Of a stretch of 64,000 nucleotides of DNA, positions 29,247-37,829 are shown piece by piece. The translations under genes were made by a program, and so were the position numbers. The notes beneath the pieces are model-generated. The model was not told where the DNA came from and did no database searches. It saw nothing but the letters and a program-made list of their open reading frames with translations. The first letter of the stretch is position 1. Every line of letters starts with the position of its first letter. This DNA comes from Candidatus Kerfeldbacteria bacterium (GTDB lineage: Bacteria; Patescibacteriota; Patescibacteriia; SBBC01; CAIJZX01), in the NCBI GenBank assembly GCA_963731735.1, contig CAVSWO010000002.1, positions 529 through 64,528 of the forward strand, read 5' to 3'.

Positions 29247-29736
29247 GCGGATCGTGGGGCTGGCGCAAGGCCAGCAGTTTGTCGGTTTTAATTTTGGCTT
29301 CTTGCTCGAGGAAGAATTGGTTGACGCCCGGAATGATCTTCAGCCAGTTAACAATCAGGTCAAGAATTTTCTTGGTTTGAACTTTGGTCTGTTCCAAAAG
29401 GCCAGCCACTTTTTCAGCCGTGGCTTCGCCCAGACTGCGAAATTGCGCTTGGGTGGCTGGATCAAGTTTTTGATAGGTATCTTCCAGCCCATCCGAAAGT
29501 ACCTGTTCAACTTCTTTCACGAATAAACTTTCCGGGGCGGTTGGCGCCTCGGGCGTGGCCGCCGGCACCGGGGGTGGAACAGTCGGCGTGTTTGGTTCGT
29601 GTTCTAAAAACTCCGGTTTCCATTCCGGTTGTTCGGCTGTTTCCCGAGACTGCTCCGGCGCCGGCGGCATTTCCGGCGCGGGCATTGGTGGGTGCTCCGG
29701 TTTGGCGGGTCGTAGCGGTGATTCGGGCATGCGCAA
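29224..29736 (-). CDS. Pro/Glu-rich hypothetical protein with a C-terminal helical domain.
   Basis: 170-aa ORF immediately upstream of and overlapping the VirD4-like gene; the N-terminus is low-complexity. Confidence 0.35.
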   Translation of the reverse strand: MRMPESPLRPAKPEHPPMPAPEMPPAPEQSRETAEQPEWKPEFLEHEPNTPTVPPPVPAATPEAPTAPESLFVKEVEQVLSDGLEDTYQKLDPATQAQFRSLGEATAEKVAGLLEQTKVQTKKILDLIVNWLKIIPGVNQFFLEQEAKIKTDKLLALRQPHDPHATRPGS

Positions 29737-29782
29737 ATTATACCATATTTCACGCCTCGGAGCCGGGTTTCAGCCAGAGGGG

Positions 29783-29811
29783 TTGACAAATCTGAATACC
29801 TGTGCTAGTAT
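29783..29811 (+). promoter_or_regulatory. Promoter TTGACA-N17-TAGTAT.
   Basis: TTGACAaatctgaatacctgtgcTAGTAT upstream of the lipoprotein pair. Confidence 0.6.
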
Positions 29812-29884
29812 CACGGGTCTTTTTGAGGAGCTTCTGATCCAGATTCCCGTTCCCCAGCGGAACACTCAGTCATAGGAGGAAGTC

Positions 29885-30253
29885 ATGAAAACGTTCGTTC
29901 ATTCCATCGTGATGGTGGTGGTTTCGATCACCCTCATCGTCAGTACCGTCGGGTGTGTCGGGCAGCAACTGCTCGGACCGCCCGAGAAATGCGCCGTCTA
30001 CTTCATCAACAATCTGCCGGACCGGATCATCCTGTACTCCCCGGACAACAAGATCACCGAACTCGGACCGAACGGTATGTATCATCTGATGCTGCCCACG
30101 TCGGTCGAATCGTCCTTCCGGTGGACGTATCCGGACGGTCGCGGCGGACGAACCATCAGGTTTACGCCTGATGCCGAACTGGGCGATGCCGTCGGACCGA
30201 ATGGGTTCAAAACGGACACCATCGTCTACGCCTCTGGCGCAGTCATCCGATAG
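29885..30253 (+). CDS. Lipoprotein, hypothetical.
   Basis: Strong SD AGGAGGAAGTCATG, then a signal peptide with the lipobox-like STVGC. Confidence 0.7.
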   Translation: MKTFVHSIVMVVVSITLIVSTVGCVGQQLLGPPEKCAVYFINNLPDRIILYSPDNKITELGPNGMYHLMLPTSVESSFRWTYPDGRGGRTIRFTPDAELGDAVGPNGFKTDTIVYASGAVIR

Positions 30254-30263
30254 GAGGTTCGCG

Positions 30264-30722
30264 ATGCGTTTCATGCAAGTCAGTTTGGCCAGCATGCTGC
30301 TCGTGGCCCTGACCGGTTGCGCCGCCAATTGGCAGTCGATGGGAATCGGACTTTCCGGTTCTCCGAATCCGCCGTACGTGCACGCCGATCTGCCGATCGC
30401 GCAGGCGCTGCAGGTGTTTTCGACGCCTCGACTTGAGGTGCGCGACTGCAACGGCGGTTGGCCGACGGTCAACCAGCGCTGGTTTCTCAGCGGTACCCAG
30501 GGTGCGCAAACGTTTCGTCTGGTTCCCGGCGGTCGAGTTATCTCGGCCGAAGCCAACTACGACGGGCGGAAGATCCGACTGGGTAATGGTCACTGGGAGT
30601 TTTCAGTTCGTAACTTCCGAGACGGTGGCAACCGCTTACTGATTGTCCTGCTGACGATCCAGGAACCGGGCTACGCGCCGCGGTATTACGAGCTCGACTG
30701 TCTGGTATTCAATGGATACTAG
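30264..30722 (+). CDS. Lipoprotein, hypothetical.
   Basis: SD AGGAGGTTCGCGATG and the lipobox LTGCAAN. Start taken inside track ORF 30171..30722. Confidence 0.7.
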   Translation: MRFMQVSLASMLLVALTGCAANWQSMGIGLSGSPNPPYVHADLPIAQALQVFSTPRLEVRDCNGGWPTVNQRWFLSGTQGAQTFRLVPGGRVISAEANYDGRKIRLGNGHWEFSVRNFRDGGNRLLIVLLTIQEPGYAPRYYELDCLVFNGY

Positions 30723-30757
30723 GTGGTCACCATCACTTCCGCTTCGGCGGATACATC

Positions 30758-30796
30758 AGAGGCGACACGAAGTCTGTGTCGCCTCTTTCTTTTATT
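30758..30796 (+). terminator. Rho-independent terminator.
   Basis: agaggcgacac-gaagtct-gtgtcgcctct followed by ttcttttatt. Confidence 0.8.
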
Positions 30797-30804
30797 CATA
30801 AAAG

Positions 30805-30833
30805 TTGACAAAGAGTCAAAAACGTGCTAAAAT
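30805..30833 (+). promoter_or_regulatory. Consensus promoter TTGACA-N17-TAAAAT.
   Basis: TTGACAaagagtcaaaaacgtgcTAAAAT. Confidence 0.7.
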
Positions 30834-30873
30834 AGCATTACAAAAGTAAAAAATAAAAACACATTTCATCCGT

Positions 30874-31602
30874 ATGGCGCTGAAAGAAATCCAAACAGCG
30901 GCTGTTCGCTTGGTACACGTGACTGATCCGAATGATCGGGATGTCGCGACGCTCCAGCAACGCTTTGCACTCCATCCTCATGACGCTGAGGCGATTTTAT
31001 CCGTGCATGAAGCGAATTCGATCCGACCGTATCGGGATTATGTCCACGCCGGTTGGCTGTGGCCGAACTATGATCGGGATTACAAGGACATCACCTTGGA
31101 TGAAGTCAGCGTTATCACCGGTCCGGCTACTCTGATTCTGGTTGACCGATCGAAAGCCGATTGGATGCAGGCCTTTATTGATCGCCGAATGCAACCGGAC
31201 CAGGTCGATTGGCAGGCTACGCCCCTGACGCTGCTCGGCGAACTGCTGATCCAACGCGCCCGCGAAACTGAACGCGAAGCAGAAATTTTCAGCCAGCAAG
31301 TCGCCACCTCAATCGGCGACCGTGACGCGGTGCTCTACGGCCAGGCCCTACTCGGATTATCAGACAGCCTGGAGCAGTTGGCTGACCATGCCGCAGCTCA
31401 AGGCGAGCAGGATGGTTTGGAGCTGTTACGGATTGCGGCGCATCGATTGAATCACCGGGGCCAACAACTCCTGGCGCTCCGCCGCCAAGCGGTTCGCCAG
31501 CCGCAGGCCAGTCCCTTCGTCCTGCCTAAAGTTGTCCACGGCTATGCGGTCGCTTCGGTTATCACCGCCCTGCTGGTCTTGGGTTTTATGATTGGACGCT
31601 AA
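30874..31602 (+). CDS. CorA-N-terminal-domain-like protein with a single C-terminal TM and no GMN motif.
   Basis: LVHVTDPNDRDVATLQQRFALHPHDAEAIL resembles the CorA cytoplasmic hPLxxED segment, and the protein ends with one TM. Confidence 0.45.
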   Translation: MALKEIQTAAVRLVHVTDPNDRDVATLQQRFALHPHDAEAILSVHEANSIRPYRDYVHAGWLWPNYDRDYKDITLDEVSVITGPATLILVDRSKADWMQAFIDRRMQPDQVDWQATPLTLLGELLIQRARETEREAEIFSQQVATSIGDRDAVLYGQALLGLSDSLEQLADHAAAQGEQDGLELLRIAAHRLNHRGQQLLALRRQAVRQPQASPFVLPKVVHGYAVASVITALLVLGFMIGR

Positions 31603-31603
31603 C

Positions 31604-31738
31604 ATGAAAAAGACGCAAACCAAACTCACTGAACCAACGCTGGCCTTAAAAATTTCGGTCGGCTTCTTATTGGCCACCGGCATCGCCAGTTTACTTTTAG
31701 CAGCAATCGGGACGGTCTTAGTCTGGATCCGCGCCTAA
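31604..31738 (+). CDS. 44-aa single-TM peptide.
   Basis: Manual read: MKKTQTKLTEPTLALKISVGFLLATGIASLLLAAIGTVLVWIRA. The ATG lies 2 nt after the upstream stop. Confidence 0.35.
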   Translation: MKKTQTKLTEPTLALKISVGFLLATGIASLLLAAIGTVLVWIRA

Positions 31739-31747
31739 ACTTTCGTT

Positions 31748-32782
31748 ATGCAACTCCTCGTCGACCAACTCACCACACCCTCCGGACTGCTGCTGCTGTT
31801 CGGCTTCGCCGCCATCTTCATGTTTTTCGGCGTCGTCTTGCTGCGTGAATCAAACCGGGAAAAAATTCGCGGTTCGATATTGCATCTCTACTCCCAGGAC
31901 CTGACCGCCCTGGCCCGTCAAAATAAACTTGATCCGGTCATCGGTCGCGAACATGAAATCAATCGGGTGATTCAAATACTTTCGCGCCGAACGAAAAACA
32001 ATGCAGTCTTAGTCGGAAACTCCGGGGTCGGAAAAACCGCCATCGCCGAAGGCTTGGCGATCAAAATTGTGCATGGCGAAGTGCCGGGTCCGATTCGCAA
32101 CAAGCGGATTTTGTCGCTCGACTTATCCGGCTTAGTGGCCGGTACCAAGTACCGTGGTGAATTTGAAAAACGTCTGAAGGCGATCATGGATGAAGTCATC
32201 GCTTCGCAACGGGAAATTATTTTGTTTATCGATGAGTTACACACCTTAGCGGAAGCCGGCGAAGCCAGCGGCGCGATTGACGCGGCCGATATTTTGAAAC
32301 CGGCCTTGGCCCGCGGCGAACTGCAAGCCATCGGCGCGACCACCGAACAAGAATATCAAGATTACATTATGCAAGACGTGACGCTTGAACGCCGCTTCCA
32401 ACCGGTCATGGTGAATGAACCGGATGAAACCGAGACGCTGGAAATTTTGAAAGGTTTGCGCAGTCGCTACGAACAACATCATCATGTAAAAATTGATGAC
32501 GCGGCATTATCGGCGGCGGTTACCACCGCGGACAAATTGTTACCCGACCGTCACTTCCCGGATAAAGCGATTGACGCCATGGATGAAGCCTCGGCTAAAG
32601 TTCGCTTGGCCGCTATTCAAACTGGAAATCACCAAGAAGTTCCGCACGTCACCGCCAACGACGTGACAGGCGTGCTCGAAGAATGGGCCCGTGACCTTGC
32701 CTGCTTTGCGCAGGATCACGAGCCGAAAGGTCGAGCTCCGGCCGAGGGATCGGTTCACTCCCCCGCCCCCGGAGATAACTAA
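31748..32782 (+). CDS. Membrane-anchored AAA+ ATPase equivalent to the ClpA/B/C D1 module only (no N-domain, no D2).
   Basis: N-terminal TM, then [53 protein letters not shown] (Clp D1 hallmark) and Walker B ILFIDELH. 344 aa. Confidence 0.75.
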   Translation: MQLLVDQLTTPSGLLLLFGFAAIFMFFGVVLLRESNREKIRGSILHLYSQDLTALARQNKLDPVIGREHEINRVIQILSRRTKNNAVLVGNSGVGKTAIAEGLAIKIVHGEVPGPIRNKRILSLDLSGLVAGTKYRGEFEKRLKAIMDEVIASQREIILFIDELHTLAEAGEASGAIDAADILKPALARGELQAIGATTEQEYQDYIMQDVTLERRFQPVMVNEPDETETLEILKGLRSRYEQHHHVKIDDAALSAAVTTADKLLPDRHFPDKAIDAMDEASAKVRLAAIQTGNHQEVPHVTANDVTGVLEEWARDLACFAQDHEPKGRAPAEGSVHSPAPGDN

Positions 32783-32845
32783 GGTGAACTATTCGTCCGT
32801 TATCCTCCGGAGACGGACGAAAAATCACAAATAAAAAATAAAAAT

Positions 32846-33037
32846 ATGGAACAATCTATGAATCCGGCGGTTCCGATGGATCCGCCCCAGCCGACGCCGA
32901 CTGAACCTTCGACTCCGACGATGAAACACGACCACTGGTTTGTCCAGATGGTCGGCGGCTTAACCATTGCCAACACGATTGTGTCGGCTCTAGCCATCTT
33001 CTGGGTCTTTATGGAATTCGGCCTGCCAACGGCCTAA
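32846..33037 (+). CDS. Small membrane protein, hypothetical.
   Basis: 63 aa, Pro-rich N-terminus then a TM helix; followed by a terminator. Confidence 0.35.
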   Translation: MEQSMNPAVPMDPPQPTPTEPSTPTMKHDHWFVQMVGGLTIANTIVSALAIFWVFMEFGLPTA

Positions 33038-33056
33038 CGCACCTTGTCCTTCAACG

Positions 33057-33087
33057 GCCCCCGGGGTCCAATCTCGGGGGCTTTTTC
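33057..33087 (+). terminator. Rho-independent terminator.
   Basis: gcccccg-gggtccaatct-cgggggc followed by ttttt. Confidence 0.75.
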
Positions 33088-33098
33088 TGTTCGAAATA

Positions 33099-33107
33099 TG
33101 CTACAAT
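33099..33107 (+). promoter_or_regulatory. Extended -10 element TGcTACAAT. It ends 6 nt before the cysS ATG, so the mRNA is leaderless or nearly so.
   Basis: atatgcTACAATaggcccATG. Confidence 0.55.
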
Positions 33108-33113
33108 AGGCCC

Positions 33114-34493
33114 ATGCTGAAGCTCTATAATACGTTGACGCGTAAACTCGAAGCCTTCAAACCGCGCCAGGGGAAGCTGGTTGGGATGTATACCTGCGGA
33201 CCGACCGTATATAACACCGCTCATCTCGGCAATCTTCGGACCTATATTTTTGAAGATATTTTACGTCGAACGCTAGAATTTGATGGGTACACCGTCAAGC
33301 ATGTCATGAATGTGACCGATGTCGGGCATTTAACCAGCGACGCGGATACCGGCGAAGATAAAATTGAGGCCCAGGCCAAAAAAGATCACCAGTCTGCGCA
33401 CGATATCGCGGCCGTGCACGCCAAAGAATTTTTTCTCGATTTAACTCGGCTGAATATTTTGAAGCCGACGACGGTACTCTATGCCACCAAAACCATTGAT
33501 CTGCAAATCGCCTTGGTCGCGCAACTGGAAAAACAAGGGTATACTTACGTGACACCCGACGGCGTCTATTTCGATACCGCAAAGTTTTCACGGTATGGTC
33601 AACTCAGCGGCCAACGGGCTCAGGATAAAAAAGCTGGCGCCCGGGTGGAAATCAATCCCGATAAACACCACCCAAGCGATTTCGCGCTTTGGAAATTTTC
33701 CAAACCCGAAGATCACCGGCAAATGGAGTGGGACAGTCCCTGGGGTCGCGGTTTCCCGGGCTGGCACCTGGAGTGCTCCGCCATGTCGATGCACGAACTC
33801 GGTCCGCAATTCGATATCCACTGCGGCGGCGTTGATCATATTCCGGTCCACCATGAAAACGAAATTGCTCAAAGCGAAGCGGCGACTGGAAAACATCCGT
33901 TCGTGAAATACTGGCTGCACGGTGAATTTATGCAGCTGCCGGACAAGCGGATGGGGAAATCCGAGGGCAACGCGATTACCCTGCAGAACGTGATTGATAA
34001 AGGGATTGATCCTTTAGCGTTCCGGTATCTCGCACTCCAAACCCATTACCGCCAAAAAATGAATTTTAGTTGGGAGGCGTTGGAAGCGGCGGCTCAGGGC
34101 CTCAAAGATTTACAGGTACGCGTTTCCGACCTGGGCTCGGAAGCGAAAATTGGTTGCGCCGAATTTGAACAAGAATTTCAATCCTCCATCAATGATGATC
34201 TCAATACCGCCAAAGCACTGGCAGTCGTTCAAGAAACACTGAAATCGGAATATCCAAATCCCGCAAAACGGCAAAGCTTGAACATCATGGATCAGATTCT
34301 TGGGCTGGGTTTCCAGACACTTCAAAAACCAGAATTTACAATTCCGGCTGAGACACAAAACCTGCTTGATCAACGCGAGCAGGCCCGCCAGCAGGGTGAC
34401 TTTGTGATGGCGGATAAGCTCCGCGCACAAATCTTGAAAGCCGGGTACGCCATCGAGGATACCGAGCAGGGTCCGCGCTTGCGGAAAAAGTAA
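33114..34493 (+). CDS. cysS: Cysteine--tRNA ligase.
   Basis: HIGH-type motif (HLGNLRTY), KMSKS-type motif (KMGKSEGN) and zinc-binding Cys residues. 459 aa. Confidence 0.9.
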   Translation: MLKLYNTLTRKLEAFKPRQGKLVGMYTCGPTVYNTAHLGNLRTYIFEDILRRTLEFDGYTVKHVMNVTDVGHLTSDADTGEDKIEAQAKKDHQSAHDIAAVHAKEFFLDLTRLNILKPTTVLYATKTIDLQIALVAQLEKQGYTYVTPDGVYFDTAKFSRYGQLSGQRAQDKKAGARVEINPDKHHPSDFALWKFSKPEDHRQMEWDSPWGRGFPGWHLECSAMSMHELGPQFDIHCGGVDHIPVHHENEIAQSEAATGKHPFVKYWLHGEFMQLPDKRMGKSEGNAITLQNVIDKGIDPLAFRYLALQTHYRQKMNFSWEALEAAAQGLKDLQVRVSDLGSEAKIGCAEFEQEFQSSINDDLNTAKALAVVQETLKSEYPNPAKRQSLNIMDQILGLGFQTLQKPEFTIPAETQNLLDQREQARQQGDFVMADKLRAQILKAGYAIEDTEQGPRLRKK

Positions 34494-34518
34494 AAACCAC
34501 GTACAGTAGCCCAGCTTT

Positions 34519-34695
34519 ATGTCTGCAAACTTTTGGCATTCATTGCCACGGCCAATCCTGGCGCTCGCACCGATGGAAGGGTCGAGCCGGTCGGCCGTAG
34601 GCCGAGCACATAAACTGCTTCATGTGCGACCGGCGAGACGGGCGCGGCGATGCTTCGCAGGAGCCGACGCGCCCCGGAAGGATTCATTGTCATGA
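34519..34695 (+). CDS. 58-aa ORF whose first 21 residues copy the Dus N-terminus (MSANFWHSLPRPILALAPMEGS...), upstream copy A.
   Basis: Manual translation. Its stop TGA overlaps the next ATG (ATGA). Confidence 0.4.
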   Translation: MSANFWHSLPRPILALAPMEGSSRSAVGRAHKLLHVRPARRARRCFAGADAPRKDSLS

Positions 34696-34874
34696 GTAAA
34701 GATTTTTGGAAAAAGTTACCAAAGCCAATACTAGCTTTAGCCCCGATGGAAGGGTCACGGCGGCCGATAGAGCGAGTGAACTGCTTCACTCGCGTGCCGC
34801 CGCGACGGGTGACGCTATGTTCCAAGGGAACGAGCGGCACCCGGGCCCCTGGAATTGGAGCGAGCATTTCATGA
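34692..34874 (+). CDS. 60-aa ORF with the Dus-like N-terminus (MSKDFWKKLPKPILALAPMEGS...), copy B.
   Basis: SD-like GGAAGGA upstream and an ATGA overlap with the dus start. Its N-terminal codons differ from copy A mostly at synonymous sites. Confidence 0.45.
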   Translation: MSKDFWKKLPKPILALAPMEGSRRPIERVNCFTRVPPRRVTLCSKGTSGTRAPGIGASIS

Positions 34875-35891
34875 ACAATTTTTGGAAATCACTCCCACGG
34901 CCAATCCTGGCGCTTGCTCCAATGGAAGGGGTCAACGACACCGCTTTCCGGCAACTGTGTAAACAGCACGGCGCGGATTTGGTGTATACCGAATTCGTCG
35001 CGGCCGACGCGATTGTGCACGAAGCCAAACGTACCATGGGTCGCTTGCGATATGACCCGGCAGAACAGCCGGTGATTGCGCAAATCTTTGGGCGTAATCC
35101 TGAATCGTTTCGGGCGGCCGCCAAAGCGATTGACCAGATGGGTTTTGCCGGCTTGGATATTAATTTCGGCTGCCCGGCTCGTAAGGTAGTGCATCGCGGA
35201 GAAGGCGTGGCCCTGCTGCGCGAACCGGCATACGCGCGCCAGCTGATCGAAATCGCGCTCGAGAGTGTGACGATTCCGGTTTCGATCAAAATCCGGACCA
35301 GTATTCGGGCCGAACGGAAAGAAGTTCAAGACGGCGCCGAAAACCACACCGCCCTGGATTTTATTGAGGCCGTCGGAGATTTACCGATCGCAGCAGTAAT
35401 GATTCACGGCCGCGCTTTCGAGCAAGGTCATCAAGGCGATGTCGACACCGCCATGATCAAAGCCGTCAAACAACACTTCAACGGTCTGGTCTTAGCCAAC
35501 GGCGGGATATTCACTCCGGAACGGGTGGTCAGTATGCTGCAGGAAACCGGTGCCGACGGCGTCGGCATCGCGCGCGGGACCTGGGGCAGTCCCTGGATTT
35601 TTTCCCAAGCCCGGCAGTTGCTTACGACCGCGCGATTATGATCCGGTTTCCTGGGAGACGATCAAGCAGACCATGCTTGAGCATGCCCGGCTGAATTTTG
35701 AACTCAAGGGCGAGCATGGACTGGTCGAATTACGGAAACATCTGGCCAAGTATATTACCGGCTGGCACGGCGCCCGCCATTTCCGAGCCCAGGCAGTTCA
35801 GGTCAAAACACTCAACGATGTCGACCAACTCGTACAAGACATTGAAGCGCGCCGTGAAGTAGCGGCAAAACAAAAAACGGATTACAGATGA
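34871..35891 (+). CDS. tRNA-dihydrouridine synthase (Dus family), with a 1-nt frameshift in a CGCGCG run near 35629-35634.
   Basis: MNNFWKSLPRPILALAPMEGVNDTAFRQLC... is a Dus TIM-barrel. The C-terminal helical domain (DYDPVSWETIKQTMLEHAR...) continues in the +1 frame as ORF 35550..35891. Confidence 0.75.
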
Positions 35892-35952
35892 TCGGACTCT
35901 GCCCGTCCTGAGTTACTCCCCTGGCTCACACCTGCTGCCGCGGCAGTTGGTG

Positions 35953-36549
35953 TTAAATTTCGTATTTATACTTTTTCTTCTCGGCCGCGCCGCCCTTTAT
36001 GAGAATCATGGCCACAATCGGCGCGATGATCCAGAAGAAGCGTCCGTTTTCCGAAACAAAGAGATTGCGCGTTAGTGGGGCTAAGCTAGTCGCCGCCGTG
36101 TCCGGCAGAAAAGATAAGGTGATAGAAATCAATAGACCGACGTGCAGAAAACTGAAGATCAAGGTTTGCCACCATGCGCCCTGGTTGTCCGACGAGGCCA
36201 CGGTCGATAACAAAGCCGAGCGCGACATCAGGAAGAACAGCGCGATAAAGACCACCACGAACATTGAAATACGAAAGACGAAAAACTGGTCAACGCCGAT
36301 ATCGGCCGAATAGTTACCAATATACGGAGCGGTGTTCACTACCGCTAAGGCCATATAGACCGAAACCAAGATGACCAACACCCGATCCCGACCGAGTGAT
36401 AAACCGTACAGCAGCGCGGCGATGATAAAGAACAGGATGATAAACAGATCCCAGGTCGGTTTTGACCAATCAATTGAAGCCACGTAATGTTGAGCGTCGG
36501 TGGCCTTTTGCGTCAGATCAACGGCCGCTAACGCGGTAACGGATTCCAT
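35953..36549 (-). CDS. Integral membrane protein, hypothetical.
   Basis: 198 aa with several TM helices. Confidence 0.5.
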   Translation of the reverse strand: MESVTALAAVDLTQKATDAQHYVASIDWSKPTWDLFIILFFIIAALLYGLSLGRDRVLVILVSVYMALAVVNTAPYIGNYSADIGVDQFFVFRISMFVVVFIALFFLMSRSALLSTVASSDNQGAWWQTLIFSFLHVGLLISITLSFLPDTAATSLAPLTRNLFVSENGRFFWIIAPIVAMILIKGGAAEKKKYKYEI

Positions 36550-36601
36550 GTGTGTGTTTCTTTACACACCTAGTATAGCACAAATTTCTTCGGTCGGCAA
36601 C

Positions 36602-37702
36602 CTAGAGGCCGGCGGATTGCAATTCTTTCAGCAGTTTTTTCTGCTGGCCCGAAAGTTTACTCGGAATTTCCACCATCACGGTTACGAAATGGCTCCCCCG
36701 TCCGGTGCCGCGGATATTGACAAGCCCTTGATTCTTCAGGGAAAAAACTTTGCCGCTTTGGGTGCCGGCCGGAATTTTCAGGGTCTGGGTGGAGTCTAAG
36801 CCCGGGACTTCGACCGTGCCGCCCAGGGCAGCTTGCGTAATCGAAATGGTAATCGTTGAGAGGAGATCCGACCCACGGCGTTTGAAAACCGGATCGGGAG
36901 CCACGCGGACACGCAGATAGAGATCACCCGGCGGTGTACCGCGTCGGCCGGCTTCGCCTTTCCCGCTCAAGCGAATCTGCTGACCTGAATCTATGCCCGC
37001 CGGAATTTTGACCGTCAACCGGTCCATCAGCGACCGTCGACCCTCGCCATGACAAACCTTGCACGGTTTTTCGATAATCGTACCCTCGCCTTTACAGGTT
37101 GGGCAGACTTGGACCGTTTGCACGGTGCCCAAGAATGTTTGTTGGGCGCGTTGCACTTGGCCGCTGCCTTGGCAGGTGGCGCAGGTTTGGCGGTGACTGC
37201 CAGGTTCGGCACCTGCTCCTTTGCAGTGCTGACAAACGACCTGGTGCTTGAGTTCAATCGTTTGACTCCCGCCAAAAGCGGCCGTCCGAAAATCAATTGA
37301 TAATTCGGCTTCAATTTCCCGGCCGCGGGCTGGTTGCCGTTGCCCACGACTCGATCGACCGAATCCGAACAGATCGCCAAAAATGTCACCCATATCACCG
37401 AAGTCAACATTCCCGGTAAATCCGCCGCCGGCCGCGTTCCCCCAGGCCGACTGGCCGCCGAACCCGCCGAAGCCACCTTGGCGCTGGGCTTGTTCGGAGG
37501 TGGTACCAAATTGGTCGTACTGTTGACGCTTCGTTTGGTTACCTAAAACTTGATAGGCCTCGTTGACCTGCTTAAACTTCTCGGCGTCGCCGCCGGCTTT
37601 GTCGGGGTGCAGTTCATGAGCCTTCTTGCGAAATGCCTTCTTGATCTCATCCGCGCTGGCGGTGCGGGCAACTCCGAGAATCGAATAATAATCCTGAGCC
37701 AT
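36602..37702 (-). CDS. dnaJ: Molecular chaperone DnaJ.
   Basis: J-domain with HPD (HELHPDK), a G/F region and four CxxCxGxG zinc-finger repeats. Confidence 0.9.
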   Translation of the reverse strand: MAQDYYSILGVARTASADEIKKAFRKKAHELHPDKAGGDAEKFKQVNEAYQVLGNQTKRQQYDQFGTTSEQAQRQGGFGGFGGQSAWGNAAGGGFTGNVDFGDMGDIFGDLFGFGRSSRGQRQPARGREIEAELSIDFRTAAFGGSQTIELKHQVVCQHCKGAGAEPGSHRQTCATCQGSGQVQRAQQTFLGTVQTVQVCPTCKGEGTIIEKPCKVCHGEGRRSLMDRLTVKIPAGIDSGQQIRLSGKGEAGRRGTPPGDLYLRVRVAPDPVFKRRGSDLLSTITISITQAALGGTVEVPGLDSTQTLKIPAGTQSGKVFSLKNQGLVNIRGTGRGSHFVTVMVEIPSKLSGQQKKLLKELQSAGL

Positions 37703-37724
37703 ACTGCCGGCTACTCTACCATAA

Positions 37725-37751
37725 TTAGCACTCTCAATGCAAGAGTGCTAA
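37725..37751. promoter_or_regulatory. CIRCE operator (HrcA binding site) upstream of dnaJ.
   Basis: TTAGCACTC-tcaatgcaa-GAGTGCTAA, a perfect 9-N9-9 inverted repeat. Confidence 0.85.
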
Positions 37752-37829
37752 GCGGTCTCGGCCGGCCAATGGCTAGCTCCCCCGCTGTCTCCCAGCCCAG
37801 CCCAGGGCCGAGCCGATCTGTCCGGCCGA

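Noticed and set aside
29870-30556. 228-aa minus-strand ORF antisense to the two lipoprotein genes.
   Set aside because: No start context, Arg-rich, and the plus-strand genes have strong SDs, a promoter and a terminator.
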